DNA from: Moniliella sp. 'wahieum' | Taxonomy: Eukaryota | NCBI GenBank assembly: GCA_003971905.1 | Contig: RSEE01000015.1 | Span: 62,001 to 126,000, forward strand | DNA: 64,000 bases | Direction of reading: 5' to 3' | Program-made: the position numbers and the translations under genes | Part shown: piece by piece, positions 53,573 to 64,000 of the stretch | Layout of the letters: each line of letters begins with the position of its first letter | Position numbering within the stretch: position 1 is the stretch's first letter | The notes under the pieces: model-generated | The model's database searches: none | The model's input: the letters and a program-made list of their open reading frames with translations, nothing else | Told to the model about the DNA's origin: nothing

Positions 53573-54563
53573 TTAGTTGAAGCTCCAGGTAACTGAGCCG
53601 CTACCGGAGCCAACAATGTCGTTGTATGGGCTGCCGACAGCAAGGAGGTCTGGCTCGAGTTGGGAACCCATTCGACGACAATCGCTTAGTTTTCTTGCCG
53701 TTAGCGTCAATCGTCACCCATTGCCACAGGTCTTGGACAAGTCATCGTGTAGAGTATTGGATCGTTGGGCCCACAGCCGCCTGAACAGCGCCAGACGGGA
53801 TGGTGATTCCAGGGCACATTGCGAATCGATGTCGTCCCACCAGGGCGGGGTGGAGAAGGTCGAAGAAGAACAGATGACGAAGACGAGGGGGAAGGAGAAC
53901 TTGACGAGCTTGACGAGCCGGTAGGCTGTGCCACAGCGGACTTGTGGGTAGGTTGTAGACGCCTTGGAAGAGACGACGAAGACGAAGACGACGATCCTTG
54001 ACCGCAAGGAGACGAGTGCCATCGGCAAAAGACCAGTGAACGTTGAAGATACCTGCATCGTAGGTCCAGCAACCCGAAGAGGTCGTACGTCAGGTCAATG
54101 TCGCACATGTTGCCACACGTGTTTCGTCGACGAATCGGGAGGGCACGTGTCAAGGATCTTGGCCGTTTGAGAACCGAAAGGACCCTGGATGGAATCCTTC
54201 GTTGTTGCAGAGAGACTGTTGGTCGATGCTTGGCTCGCAAAGTAATCCAGCCAGCCTGCGCCAAGGCAACAAATTGGAGCTATCGGAAATGTACGGGCCG
54301 CACGAGCTTTGGGAGCCACCCTCGAGGCAGGACGGTAAAAGGTAGCTTGGCCTTGGTGTCACGGCGCTCAGCCGAGCGGGCGGCCAATGTGCTGTTGGAG
54401 CGAATGTAATCGTGACGCTCAGGCTTGGTGTCCGCACGGCGGGCAGCGTGCGCGGCAGGAGTTTTGGCGCGAACCCAGAGCACGCGCTGCTGTGGGTGGT
54501 GTCCAGCAAAGACTTGGCTTGCCCCCAGGGCAAGAGAACAGTGGCAAGGACGGAGCGGACCAT
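53573..54563 (-). CDS. Secreted protein with two RlpA-like double-psi beta-barrel (expansin D1/loosenin-like) domains, paralogue A (no intron seen)
   Basis: Signal-like MVRSVLATVLL. Domain 1: GQATFY..SCG..KILDTCP..CDIDLTY. S/T linker. Domain 2: WWDDID..CG.WVTI..VVEWVP..LLAVG..VTWSFN*. Confidence 0.75.
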
Positions 54564-55688
54564 TGTGTGGATCAAGGTGCTGGGGGGGGGGGGTAGGGGT
54601 GGGTAGAGTTAGAGGGAAGCGGGAGGGGCGGAGTGATGCGAGGTGGAGAGGATGGAAGAATGCGATACACGCCAGCGTGCAGTCGGGGTGGTTGAGGAGG
54701 GCAGGGGACGGATGGGGAGGCAAACAGCTTGGCGGAGATCAGACTGGTGCATTATATACTGGCGACCAGGTGTGCCCTCTGGCAACGAGGGCCCAAGGAG
54801 GGTCCCGCTGGCGGACACAGACGCTGTGCTGAATGGCCACCTTTTCTGGCGGCACAGCATTGGCCGCCCCGATGAGCTCGGGGCACGGGGGGAGGGACGG
54901 CGAGGCAAGCAGGCGAGGTGGCGGGGCCATCGCGGTGGCCGCTCGGGGGGGGCGCAAGCCGGTAGGAACACTGGCGCCGCACGCTGTTCGCGGCGGGGCA
55001 GCCCCCAGTGTGGCGTCAACCACCTCCACGCAACCACTCGGCGCAGCAGCACTCCCCAGTCTGCCCGCGCTGCCCGCAGCCTTCCCGGGGCTGAGGCGGT
55101 TCGGGCGTCTGAGCAAGTCGGACGATGAACGATCGACGAACGACCGATGATCGATGAAAGTCCGACTGCCTTGAAAGTTGAACATTCCACATTTGCAGCA
55201 TCATGCATCAGCCGTCCCATGTCCCAGCCAGCCGTCTGCGGGCTTCCGGGCATCGAAACCATCGATCTCATCGTGCGATCACCGGTTCAGGAGAGGTGCA
55301 GGGGCGCACAAGCCGGTGATGCAGTGATGCATGAGCTACGCGGTGACCTCGACCGGCGTGGTCAGGTGACCGCCACCCGCGTCACTGTCCCGCTCGCCGG
55401 ACGCCGGCAGCAGTACCACGCAGTGCCCGCAGGCAGACAGGCCACATTGTTCAGCACACGCCTACTGGGCCTGCGCCACGCATGGATCGACAAGGTGCAG
55501 GCGGGCAGTATGGCGGGCAGATGGGGCGCAGGCCACTGTGTCTACGGGGCAGTGCCGCCCACCGCGCGGGCTCCATGCCAGCCGAGCTCGGGAGCTGCCC
55601 CGTCGCCTGCGGCCCCTCCTCCCAGCCCCCACCACCCCTCGCCCCCTCCCCCTCCCCCCGCGTCTTCACCCTCTTTCTGTCGGTCGAC

Positions 55689-56855
55689 ATGGCACCCACG
55701 GTCCTTACCTCCCTCCTTCTCCTGCTTGGCGCCACCAATGCGCTTGCGCCCACCACGCGCCCAACCACCACGTCATTGGCCGCCACTTTGAGCATCCCCG
55801 TGCCCCGCCCCCCGCCCGGGCCGGCACGAGTACATTGCCAACAATGCCACGCTGGCTGCCCGCGTCGCTGCCCGTGGGATCCAGGGCCAGGCCACCTTTA
55901 CCACCTCAGACCGAGGGCGAGTCGGCCCAGGGTTCCTGCGGTGGTCCGACATGAACGACAACACAGTCCGTATTCTTTGCTTGCCGATGCGCTGTTGGTA
56001 CTGACTCTTTGGTCGGGTACAGATGGGTGTCGCTCTGGCCACACCGGGATACAAGTACTTTGCTGACCAAGGCATTAGCCGCGAGGAGCTCTGCTTCAAG
56101 ACGATCACTATCAAGGGCATCCTTGGCTCCCAGCAGGCTCGCATTATGGATGAATGCCCCGAGTCGCGTACGTTCCTTTTACTCTCTCCCCCTTCTTCCT
56201 CACACACAAGTACATTGCTTTGCAGACGATCTGACTGGTATTGCATTGCATCGATGCAGCCTCGACGCAAACCTGCCTGAATGCTTGCGACATTGACCTG
56301 ACGTACGGTCTGTTCGGTAAGCTGGCCAACCATGTGCTTGGCCTCTTCAATGTCGAGTGGTCGTTCGATGATGGTACTCCTTCCCCCTGCGGACCCACCA
56401 TTTCGTCCTCTTCAAAGTCTAGTTCCGCGTCTGCATCGTCCAGCCAAGCCTCTTCCAAGTTTGAGCATGTGAAGGCCCCCGCGTCGGCATCGGCGTCGTC
56501 GTCGTCGGTGGCGGTGGCCCCGGCAGCGTCGGGCAAGGCATCGGATACACCGAAAGCTATGTACACGACGGCACTGCAATGGTGGGACGACATTGACCCC
56601 GAATGGTGCCCTGGCATCAAGGTCGAAAAGAACACCATCACAGCTGCCGTCGGCCCCTCAGCTGCGTACCCCAACGATAAGTTGCAGGACGCCTGTGGCA
56701 AGTGGATCACCATTGTCGCAGACGGCAAGACGAACAAGGCCCAGGTCGTCGAGTGGATTCCCGACACTACCGAAAACTTCCTTGCTGTCGGCACTGCCTA
56801 CCAGAACATCGTCACCTCCGGCTCCTCGCAAGTCAAGTGGGGCTACGACGCCTAA
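55689..56855 (+). CDS. Secreted double-DPBB protein, paralogue B; introns 55966..56022 and 56168..56259
   Basis: Signal MAPTVLTSLLLLLGATNA. Domain 1: GQATF..GSCGG..IMDECP..CDIDLTYGLF..VEWSF. S/A linker. Domain 2: WWDDID..CGKWITI..VVEWIP..FLAVG..VKWGYDA*. Both introns splice in frame. Confidence 0.8.
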
Positions 56856-57382
56856 GCAGCCCAGCTTCTTCGTTCCTTTCTCCCCCGACTCTCCCCTTTT
56901 CTTTTTTTCCCACGATCTCTCTTATGTTGCGTCCACTGTCCGTTTGCGAGGAACATGCACGCCTGTGTTTGTAACCATCCTACTGGCGCAAATGGTGTGG
57001 CAAGCTGGCTCTTGCTCCCATCGCCTGATTGGATCCCCTCCAACCTTTTCTCGTATCGTTGATTGCGACGGGTTGCCCTTGTCAAGGTCATTGTCGTCCT
57101 GCATAAATGTTTCTGCACTTCAATTCCCTTTGCCATCCCCCTTGCCATCCTCAAAGCGTCAAGATGCTCTCGTGCTATCCCTCCTAGTGGCCACAGCATT
57201 CATAAATTTGAGCCAGATAAACCTCGCGCCAGAAAGGCCGAGTGCCCTACCAAATCCATCCTATTCAAGGTTTCTGGTTGGGACTGCGTGCCCGCTCGAT
57301 TGCCACGCGGCCCGCAAGCCTGTCGGCCGGTGAAGGGGTCGAGAGGGCCGCGTTGATCGAGCCCAGATTGGTAAGCGCTTGA

Positions 57383-58907
57383 CTATGGCGGCGAGTGGGT
57401 AGACGAAAGACGAGGTAACCCCGACTTGGGGGGAGAAAAAGGCCGGCCAGCGGGAGAGAAGGGTCGAGGCCCGGCCGCTTGGCCTGAGGGGGACCAAGGC
57501 CGAGTGGAGCACAAAGAGCGGGAAGGAGGGCGGGAAGGGCTGCTACGCCCTGTCCCAGCGTCCGAACTGGCATGAAACGAAAGTTGAGAAGCCGGCCGTG
57601 TGCGCCCGTCCTGCATGGGATGGGGCCAAAACGGTAGAAGGAGATCGGTACAAGGTACTAGAGGAGAGGCGCGGCAAGCCCGTTCGGTCTACTGAGCCCC
57701 TCGGCTTGGGGATCCCAGTTGGAGGAGGGATGGGGGAAGGACCTGGGGTGACAGAGCTAAAGGATGTAGAGGGCGATACGGTTCCGGAGGCACTCATGCG
57801 GCTCACAGGACGAGGGATCCCGCTCACACGGCCCCGCCTGTCTAGCATGGGCCGCTGGGCTCGGTTGAGCTGCTGTTTCAACGCATTGATCCGCGCCGTC
57901 AACTCGGACGCCCCCCCACCCGTACGCGCGGAGAGGTGCGGAATGTGGTACGAGGTGTCGATCCCCGCGGCAATGCAGACCTGTGCACAGTTTGCGAAGG
58001 GCGGGGGGGTAACGCTGAATTAGAAGGGATCAAAGGAGTGGTCCTTCCCCCGTGAGGTGTCGCACGGGTGGGCGTCGTGAGAGGAGTGGAGCTACGTGCG
58101 CCTGTTGATGGTGGCATGGGGATTCAGGGGAGAGGTGTTGGAAGAAGGCCTGACAGAGGCTGAAGTGTACGGCCTTCGAATAGGAGGGGCGGTGGACTCG
58201 GGCGAAGGACTCGCACCGTCACCTCCACGGGGTGACACAACCGGTGCCGTTTCAGCGGGGGTCGGGTCGGGGGTGGCAGCGCGGACCCTTCGGACGGCGA
58301 GTTCCTCCGTAAGTTCTGCATAGAAGCAAGGCGGACGAGAATAGATCAGCATTAGCTAGCACAGTGGATGCATCGAGCATAGGGCGCACCCGAAATGTAA
58401 TCCTTGAGACGTTGGTTTTCCTCCAGCAGAGCATCCTTGGCTGCAATCTCTTCCTGAAGCAGAACCGTCTGTTCCAACGAACGATTGTACTTGGCCTCCA
58501 TGTCGGAGAGAGACGCAGCGATCGCTCGCTCCGCTGCCTCGAGCTCATCGTTATTCACCTCCATGTCACGCAGACGGTCGCGATGGGCAGCATACTCATC
58601 CGCGGTGCGGGTCAGTTCCCGCCGAACCGCCGCGAGCTCGGCAGCACCCTCGGACGACGCGGCAGAGTAGCGTTCTTTCCACGACGTGGCCTCTGCCTTG
58701 GCTGTCTCTGCCGCGGGTAGCCACGTCGCGCGCGCGCTGAGCAGCAGCCAGTTCCGTCTCGAGTTCGGCCTCGAGGCCGCGACTCATCTCCTCCAACTCG
58801 GCCAGAGCATCCTGGGCGTCTGCGAGAGCGGCACGCGCTTCCTTCGCCTGGTCGCGCCAGTAGGGCACGCGCTCCTCGAGCGTATCGGGCTCAGCGTCGT
58901 CGGACAT
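57383..58907 (-). CDS. nudE: Nuclear distribution protein NudE/Nde1 (dynein regulator); intron 58316..58389; 3' end approximate
   Basis: YW...ELEEMSRGLEAELETEL and EVNNDELEAAER..SLSDMEAKYNRSLEQTVLLQEE..EENQRLKD coiled coil, followed by an S/P-rich tail. Confidence 0.88.
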
Positions 58908-59501
58908 GGGCGAGGCGGGCGATGGCAGCTGGGTGCCTGGCGATCCGAGGCGCCGCCGCGTAGCCGCACGAGGTGGCGGCGCGGAATTGGCCGCACGGCG
59001 CACAGGGGCAGTGTGTATTGATTGTTGAGCTTGGTTTTATCGAGGCGTACATTTTGGTAGCGCCCCGCGCGAGCACGTGACGCGTGAGAAGAAAGACGAG
59101 GTGCAATTGTGGGTGCCCCGCTGCCCTTCGGGTATGCCAGGCAAGCCATTGCACTTTGCCCTCGACGGGAAGCCAGCTGCCAGTCTGAGTTGCGAATGGT
59201 TACCTTGGACAGTCGTGCTACTGATGGCCAAGGACACTTATCTGGTGCTCTCTCACCTCTTCTTGGGTTGGGTGCCATTAGCTATCACGTGTGGAACCCG
59301 CCATCCCACCCCTGAGCCTCAGCGTTCTACGAACATGGCCAGCGTGGTCGCATTCTCGCACATCCGCCATGGTATCAAAAGGAGGTGCATGACGGTCATA
59401 ATGGCAGGCCATGAGGAAATGCATTCGGGACCCAACTCACCGGTGAGCGGATGCACCCCCTGAAGGCTAAGGTTTACAACGACCGACGCCAGTACAAGGC
59501 A

Positions 59502-60112
59502 TTACTCGTGGTGGCCGTGCTTGAGAATGCCTTCCTTGGAGGACAAATAGTGGTTGGTCTCCTTGGACCAGTTCAGCAGACCGTAGTAAAGCAGGCCCGC
59601 TGGGACCACAGCCCAGCCTGACGGCTGGCACGAATGACGAACCACTTCGCGTGGTCACGGAACATGTGGCGGGTGATGCTGACCTGGTTGGGCGACAAGG
59701 CTGACAGCAAAGCAGGTTAGCAGACAGAATTGCTGAAAGAGAAGGATCTTAAGCGTGGTAACGGGACATGCGGAGCGCGGTAGTATAGGACGGGGGCCTC
59801 AACAAAGGCGTCGATCCATCGCCACGCGCGTGGCGCCGGTGGCAAGTGGATGGGGGAGGGTAAACAACGTACTGTACGTGATGATACCACGCTGGGCCTG
59901 GCCCAACCTGGCCATAGCCAGAGATGTTGCCCCACCAGCCGAGCTAGGGATAGAGCAGCGCAAGGAGCACCGAAAAAGCAAGTGGAAACAAAGAGCACGG
60001 AAGGTCAACGACTGCTGCCTGCAGCAGGGCCAAGACAGGGAGAGGTACACACCCATTTGACGTACTTGGGCGCGGGCGGGCCGCCGCTGAGGGTGGGCTT
60101 GGAGGGCTGCAT
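59502..60112 (-). CDS. QCR8: Cytochrome bc1 complex subunit 8; introns 59944..60052 and 59701..59872
   Basis: Spliced: MQPSKPTLSGGPPAPKYVKW|LGWWGNI...AQRGIITY|TLSPNQ...YYGLLNWSKETNHYLSSKEG...*. The GWWG, QRGI.TY.LSP and YL.SK.G motifs are present. Not captured as a single ORF in the track. Confidence 0.88.
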
Positions 60113-60243
60113 GGTCACTGGCAGAGGAGGTCTGGGCAGAGATGGCAAGAGAAAAACACCGGACGCCGCGCAGCTTGATGAGCGCAGCCGAGCAGAGCAG
60201 CCTTCCGGTTGATCCCGACGGGACACAAGGGCACTAGGACTGG

Positions 60244-60278
60244 GGTCACCGGTCACTAGTCACTAGTCACTGGTCAGT
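60244..60278. repeat. 7-bp-period array (GGTCACC)(GGTCACT)(AGTCACT)2(GGTCAGT), representative of a window-wide family
   Basis: Read directly; sits upstream of QCR8. See the finding on heptamer arrays. Confidence 0.8.
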
Positions 60279-60844
60279 ACCATTACTGAGTTGCAGAACC
60301 CTACTACTTATTAATGTTTGCCCCCCACCAAGATTTCAAGCTTGCTCTCGAGAAATTCAACGTTCAACGTTCAGCCCGCCATTTCTATGTCCAAACATCA
60401 ATATGCGCGTCTCCCCACCACCTTGACGAGGTGCTAATCCCCGTCTTGCCCCATGGTTTGCATGAGTGGCGAGGGTAAGAACAATGTCGCTACGTTAATT
60501 CGCTTCACACTGTGAGAGGATCGATGACGGGAACCAGCCCGTGATTTACTGCACCGAAGGATAACGATTGTTGTTACCACAAAAAACGTAAAAAACGAGG
60601 AGGAGAATATATAAATTAGGGTGTGCAGCGTATGTGGATGGCACAGTTGAGTGGATATCAAGCCCCCCTCTGCTCCCCAACCATCAAGCCCCAAAAATCA
60701 CCTCGCAGACGTTGGTTGGAGAAAACCAAAAGCCACGACGCCACTCAAACAGTTGTGCCAAACCACAAAACGTATATAAAGATCAAACGAATGAGGACCG
60801 ACAGTGAGGCGAAAAGGGAGAAGGGTGGAGCTTGAGGGCAACTG

Positions 60845-63673
60845 TTAATAAGATCGAGAGGGCATCCTGCGATTCCATCCAAGACCAGAGTGTAACCACA
60901 AACAACCACCACTGTCCTTGAGTTGCACGCTAGGCAAGACCAAGACCAAGTGCGCGCAAGACAACAATGTGGGCCGCCTGGGCTGCGAAAAACGTGGTAG
61001 TGAGCGCGATCTCCTCAGACAATGAAGTTGGCCACGTGGATGGGGAAAGAGATTTTGGGAGCGACATTGGTGAAGGAGTGGCAGCCAAATTAGTTGACTC
61101 GCTTGGCACTGGAATGGGCGACAATTGGGGAAATGTAGCGAGGACACAGTCAATGCAGGTCGGGCTGACAACCTCTGTCTTCATCGTCGTCGGAAAGGTC
61201 GCTCCCGGTACAGCCGGTTCCAAGTGGCGAGTCAGATATCGTCCAGCTCATCCTCAGTGCGGTACTTGTCATAACCGGAGGCAGAGGGTGAGCATTGGAA
61301 TGAAGTGAGGTGGGCGAATCAAGTCCCCGCCCGTTCCGTGCAGACCAAGATGAAGACCAACTTGGAAGGCTCATATTGTCCCCAGGACGATACCACATTC
61401 GCTGGTCCGGATCAAACCGCATGGACCCCCACGAAGTCAAAGGACCGTCAATACCTGGCGGGGACATTTGGGGCTGGAAACAGACCCAGTTGACTTGCGC
61501 CTTTGAACGATCCCATCGTCACAGACCCCCGTGATTGTTGCCTATTAGGCTCAACAAGACTGTTGGCACGCGAAGGTCCTGTGCCCAGGGGCTGGTTCAA
61601 CCCATCATCTGTCCAGGCCAACAGGCTGTGACGAGACGGAATGTCGTGGGCCAAAACATAGGACGAAGACGACGTGGGTGACCTCGCTTCACTTTCGGCT
61701 TCGGCTTCCGAAGAATGGACGCGGTTAAAGAGAGGGCTCAGTCCTCCAGCTGTATTTGCGATGTAGGAGCTGCGCTATTGGGCGTAACAAAACCCGATTG
61801 GGAGGTCGAAATGCTCAACCTGGTAAATGCAGTCGGCGTCCCAGGGGTACGCGTTGAGTCACCGGACTGGGCACTCCCATCACGGACCAGAGGGATACAG
61901 GGTGTTACCACTGTATTATTGTTGAGCTGTACCGGACGGTCAAAGGGGTGGGACCGAGAACAGTATCGTCAGATTGATGATGTGGATGAACTACCGTCGC
62001 AGAAGAAGAAGGGCGAGCGACAGCTGGTTGTAAGTCAACCCATTGGGTATCGTTCGGAGAAGCTACGCGTGTAGTCCCAGGCAGACTGTTCCGACGCATG
62101 CATCGTACATCAGATCGTGCAATTCGCTTTTCTCGTATTTCCGACCAATCCGCCCAGGCATCCACCATAGGGGGACAGAAGGATGGCGCTTCCAACTTGA
62201 TCCCCAACGGTTTGCATGTGGGGGTTGAAGCAAAGAAAGTGGGTGCTCAACATGGATTGAACTGTGGGCAGTGTTTGGGGCCGCGATGTGGTCATCAGAG
62301 GAATGATCCAGATACCAAACGTAGATCCCGCTTCCGAACCTGCTCTCACCCTCGGAGTCGGTGGAGGAGGGAGAGAAACTAGTCCAGAACCAACGCCGGA
62401 CGTATGGCCAAGCGAGGGCAAAAACTTGTCATATGATGAACTTGTAGTAAAGCCCTCGGACGAATGACGTTTGGAGAGGCTGTTGCTTCTGTGGTGTGCA
62501 ATAGTCTGACAGAGGAAGAGGGGGGATCTAACCCATTGCGAAGGACACCTCCTGGTCCTCCAAATCGTGCCATGACACGGGCGGAACGGAACCTTTCGTG
62601 ATCTTCCGATCGCAGTTTGAGAAGCGGAACATGCATCTTCTCCACTTTCGCCCATCTCTGGTGGGGATGGGTTATCGGGTGGGTCACGCGTTGGAGCGGA
62701 GATGAGAAAGACGATCGGGTTGGTTGAAGTTGAGGGCTAGGAATGCTCCACTTGGTAGTGAGAATGGCCAGAGACGTTCACCGAGACCGTATCCGGTTCT
62801 CCACCAGCAGAAGACGAGATGGATAGTTGGGTAGAGGAGAGGAACTAGGTTGCCTTCCCCTGAGCCAGGAGGGGGATCGATCTCCCGCCCTCAGGTCAGC
62901 CAACACACTCTTGGGGGCGAGGCCGATGCCGTCGAATGCGTGATAAAAAGTTTGATCTCCGGATATGGGCTCGCATCTCCACTGTTGCTATTGGTTCGAC
63001 CCAAAAGATGGGCAAATCGTTCTTGCGCGATAAGGCAGGCGGCCTCTTATTAGGCAGCGTTCGGTCCGATGCGCCATGGAGATGGGGAAACTTGCCAAAG
63101 GGAGAGTCGGCCGAGGCGCTGTAGTTGTGACCAACATTAGACCAGGGCCGGTCAATTGATATGCTTGCGGCTCTTGTTGGCCGCTTGCTCGTTGCCGCCG
63201 CCCCAGTCGTGCTGGGTTGCACCCCGTTGGCTGTGTAGGAGGTAACAGGGTTCGATCCAGAACCAGACGCAAGGGGCCAGACAAGGTGCGTCTGCGCCTT
63301 GAACGACGGTGTTCGGAGAGGAGGGGGGTTCCATGAGGGTCAGGATTCTGGAGAATGGGCTCTCTGCCTTCCCGGGCCGAAGAGGGGGCTAAAATCAAAC
63401 GATCCTGATCCAGCGCCGTCTTGAGCAGTGGCATGGGGCACCGCTTGGCCCATAATGTCATTCACTATTCGACTGGAGCGGGCACCCGTGCTTAGACTGT
63501 TCGAGTCGGCCAGTTCCTCAAACGCATCCGACGGCGAGGTGGTAAGTGAGCTGGAGTGTGGCGCTGCGACCGGATTAGAAGGAGTCTTCCGCGATTCGGC
63601 GTGCTCGGTGCAGGGAGATGGAATAGAGGCGGAGAAATGAGAGGGTGCCGGGGACGAGCTTCATTGCGTCCAT
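60845..63673 (-). CDS. Long Ser/Pro/Thr-rich hypothetical protein, fragmented by indels; both ends uncertain
   Basis: Chain of minus-strand S/P/T-rich ORF fragments below a candidate ATG at 63673 with a C-rich leader. No domain recognised. Confidence 0.4.
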
Positions 63674-64000
63674 ATGACAGAAAAGCGACGTGTGGCCGAA
63701 GGGGCCTCTTCCCCGAGAAAGCAGAGGAGACAGAGGAGGCGGATGAAGCAGAGGAGGCAGAAGAGACGAGTGTGGTGGTAGCAGATAAGCGCGATCAACG
63801 TTCATCGTACGTTCAACCCGCGCTCCGCTCGGGGCAGAGCATGTTCCACCCAACAGCGCGCACGCCGCCAGACGCTGCCCCTTGCCCCGCACCATCCAGA
63901 TCCTGGACTGCCCCCACCCCCTGTCGTTGGGCCTGTGTCACATGTCACATGTCACATTCTATAACTAGTAACTGCCCCTTAATTGAAGCTTCCAAGATGA

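Noticed and set aside
59701..59872. Relatively long QCR8 intron as a snoRNA host or alternative acceptor site
   Set aside because: No C/D or H/ACA boxes were found. The internal TTTCAG lies upstream of the CTAAC branch site and would be out of frame.

Overview
Gene-dense, GC-rich, intron-poor eukaryotic DNA from a fungus, most likely a basidiomycete. Ustilaginomycotina is inferred from gene content, the short GT..CTRAC..YAG introns and the low intron density. Nearly every gene is broken by scattered 1-bp frameshifts, best read as unpolished long-read indel errors, so gene models were stitched across frames and many ends are approximate. Recognisable genes in order: H2A.Z (partial), CYSTM protein, long-chain acyl-CoA ligase, Rvs167-like BAR-SH3, a divergent MAK/Ime2-type kinase, a small Rcf/HIG1-like membrane protein, GCP4-like gamma-tubulin complex subunit, tRNA-Phe, a group III poly-HAMP hybrid histidine kinase, tRNA-Gln, an orphan with two apparent C-terminal dsRBDs, casein kinase I, Pol5, a multi-FAS1 membrane protein, DDX41, ProRS, a GH105/88 hydrolase, ATP2, LTR-like remnants, a 2xRRM protein, Dpb2, ATP synthase subunit e, NAC beta, a head-to-head pair of secreted double-DPBB paralogues, NudE, QCR8 and a long low-complexity orphan. 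Best leads: (1) recurrent intergenic 7-bp-period arrays of 3-1-3 palindromes with variable sequence but shared geometry; (2) the tandem-dsRBD orphan hidden by frameshifts; (3) the divergent double-DPBB pair, one intronless and one with two introns; (4) a stop-free 3n intron inside the kinase activation segment; (5) a candidate structured RNA with an Sm-like site. No database searches or folding programs were run; all calls come from motif recognition by eye.
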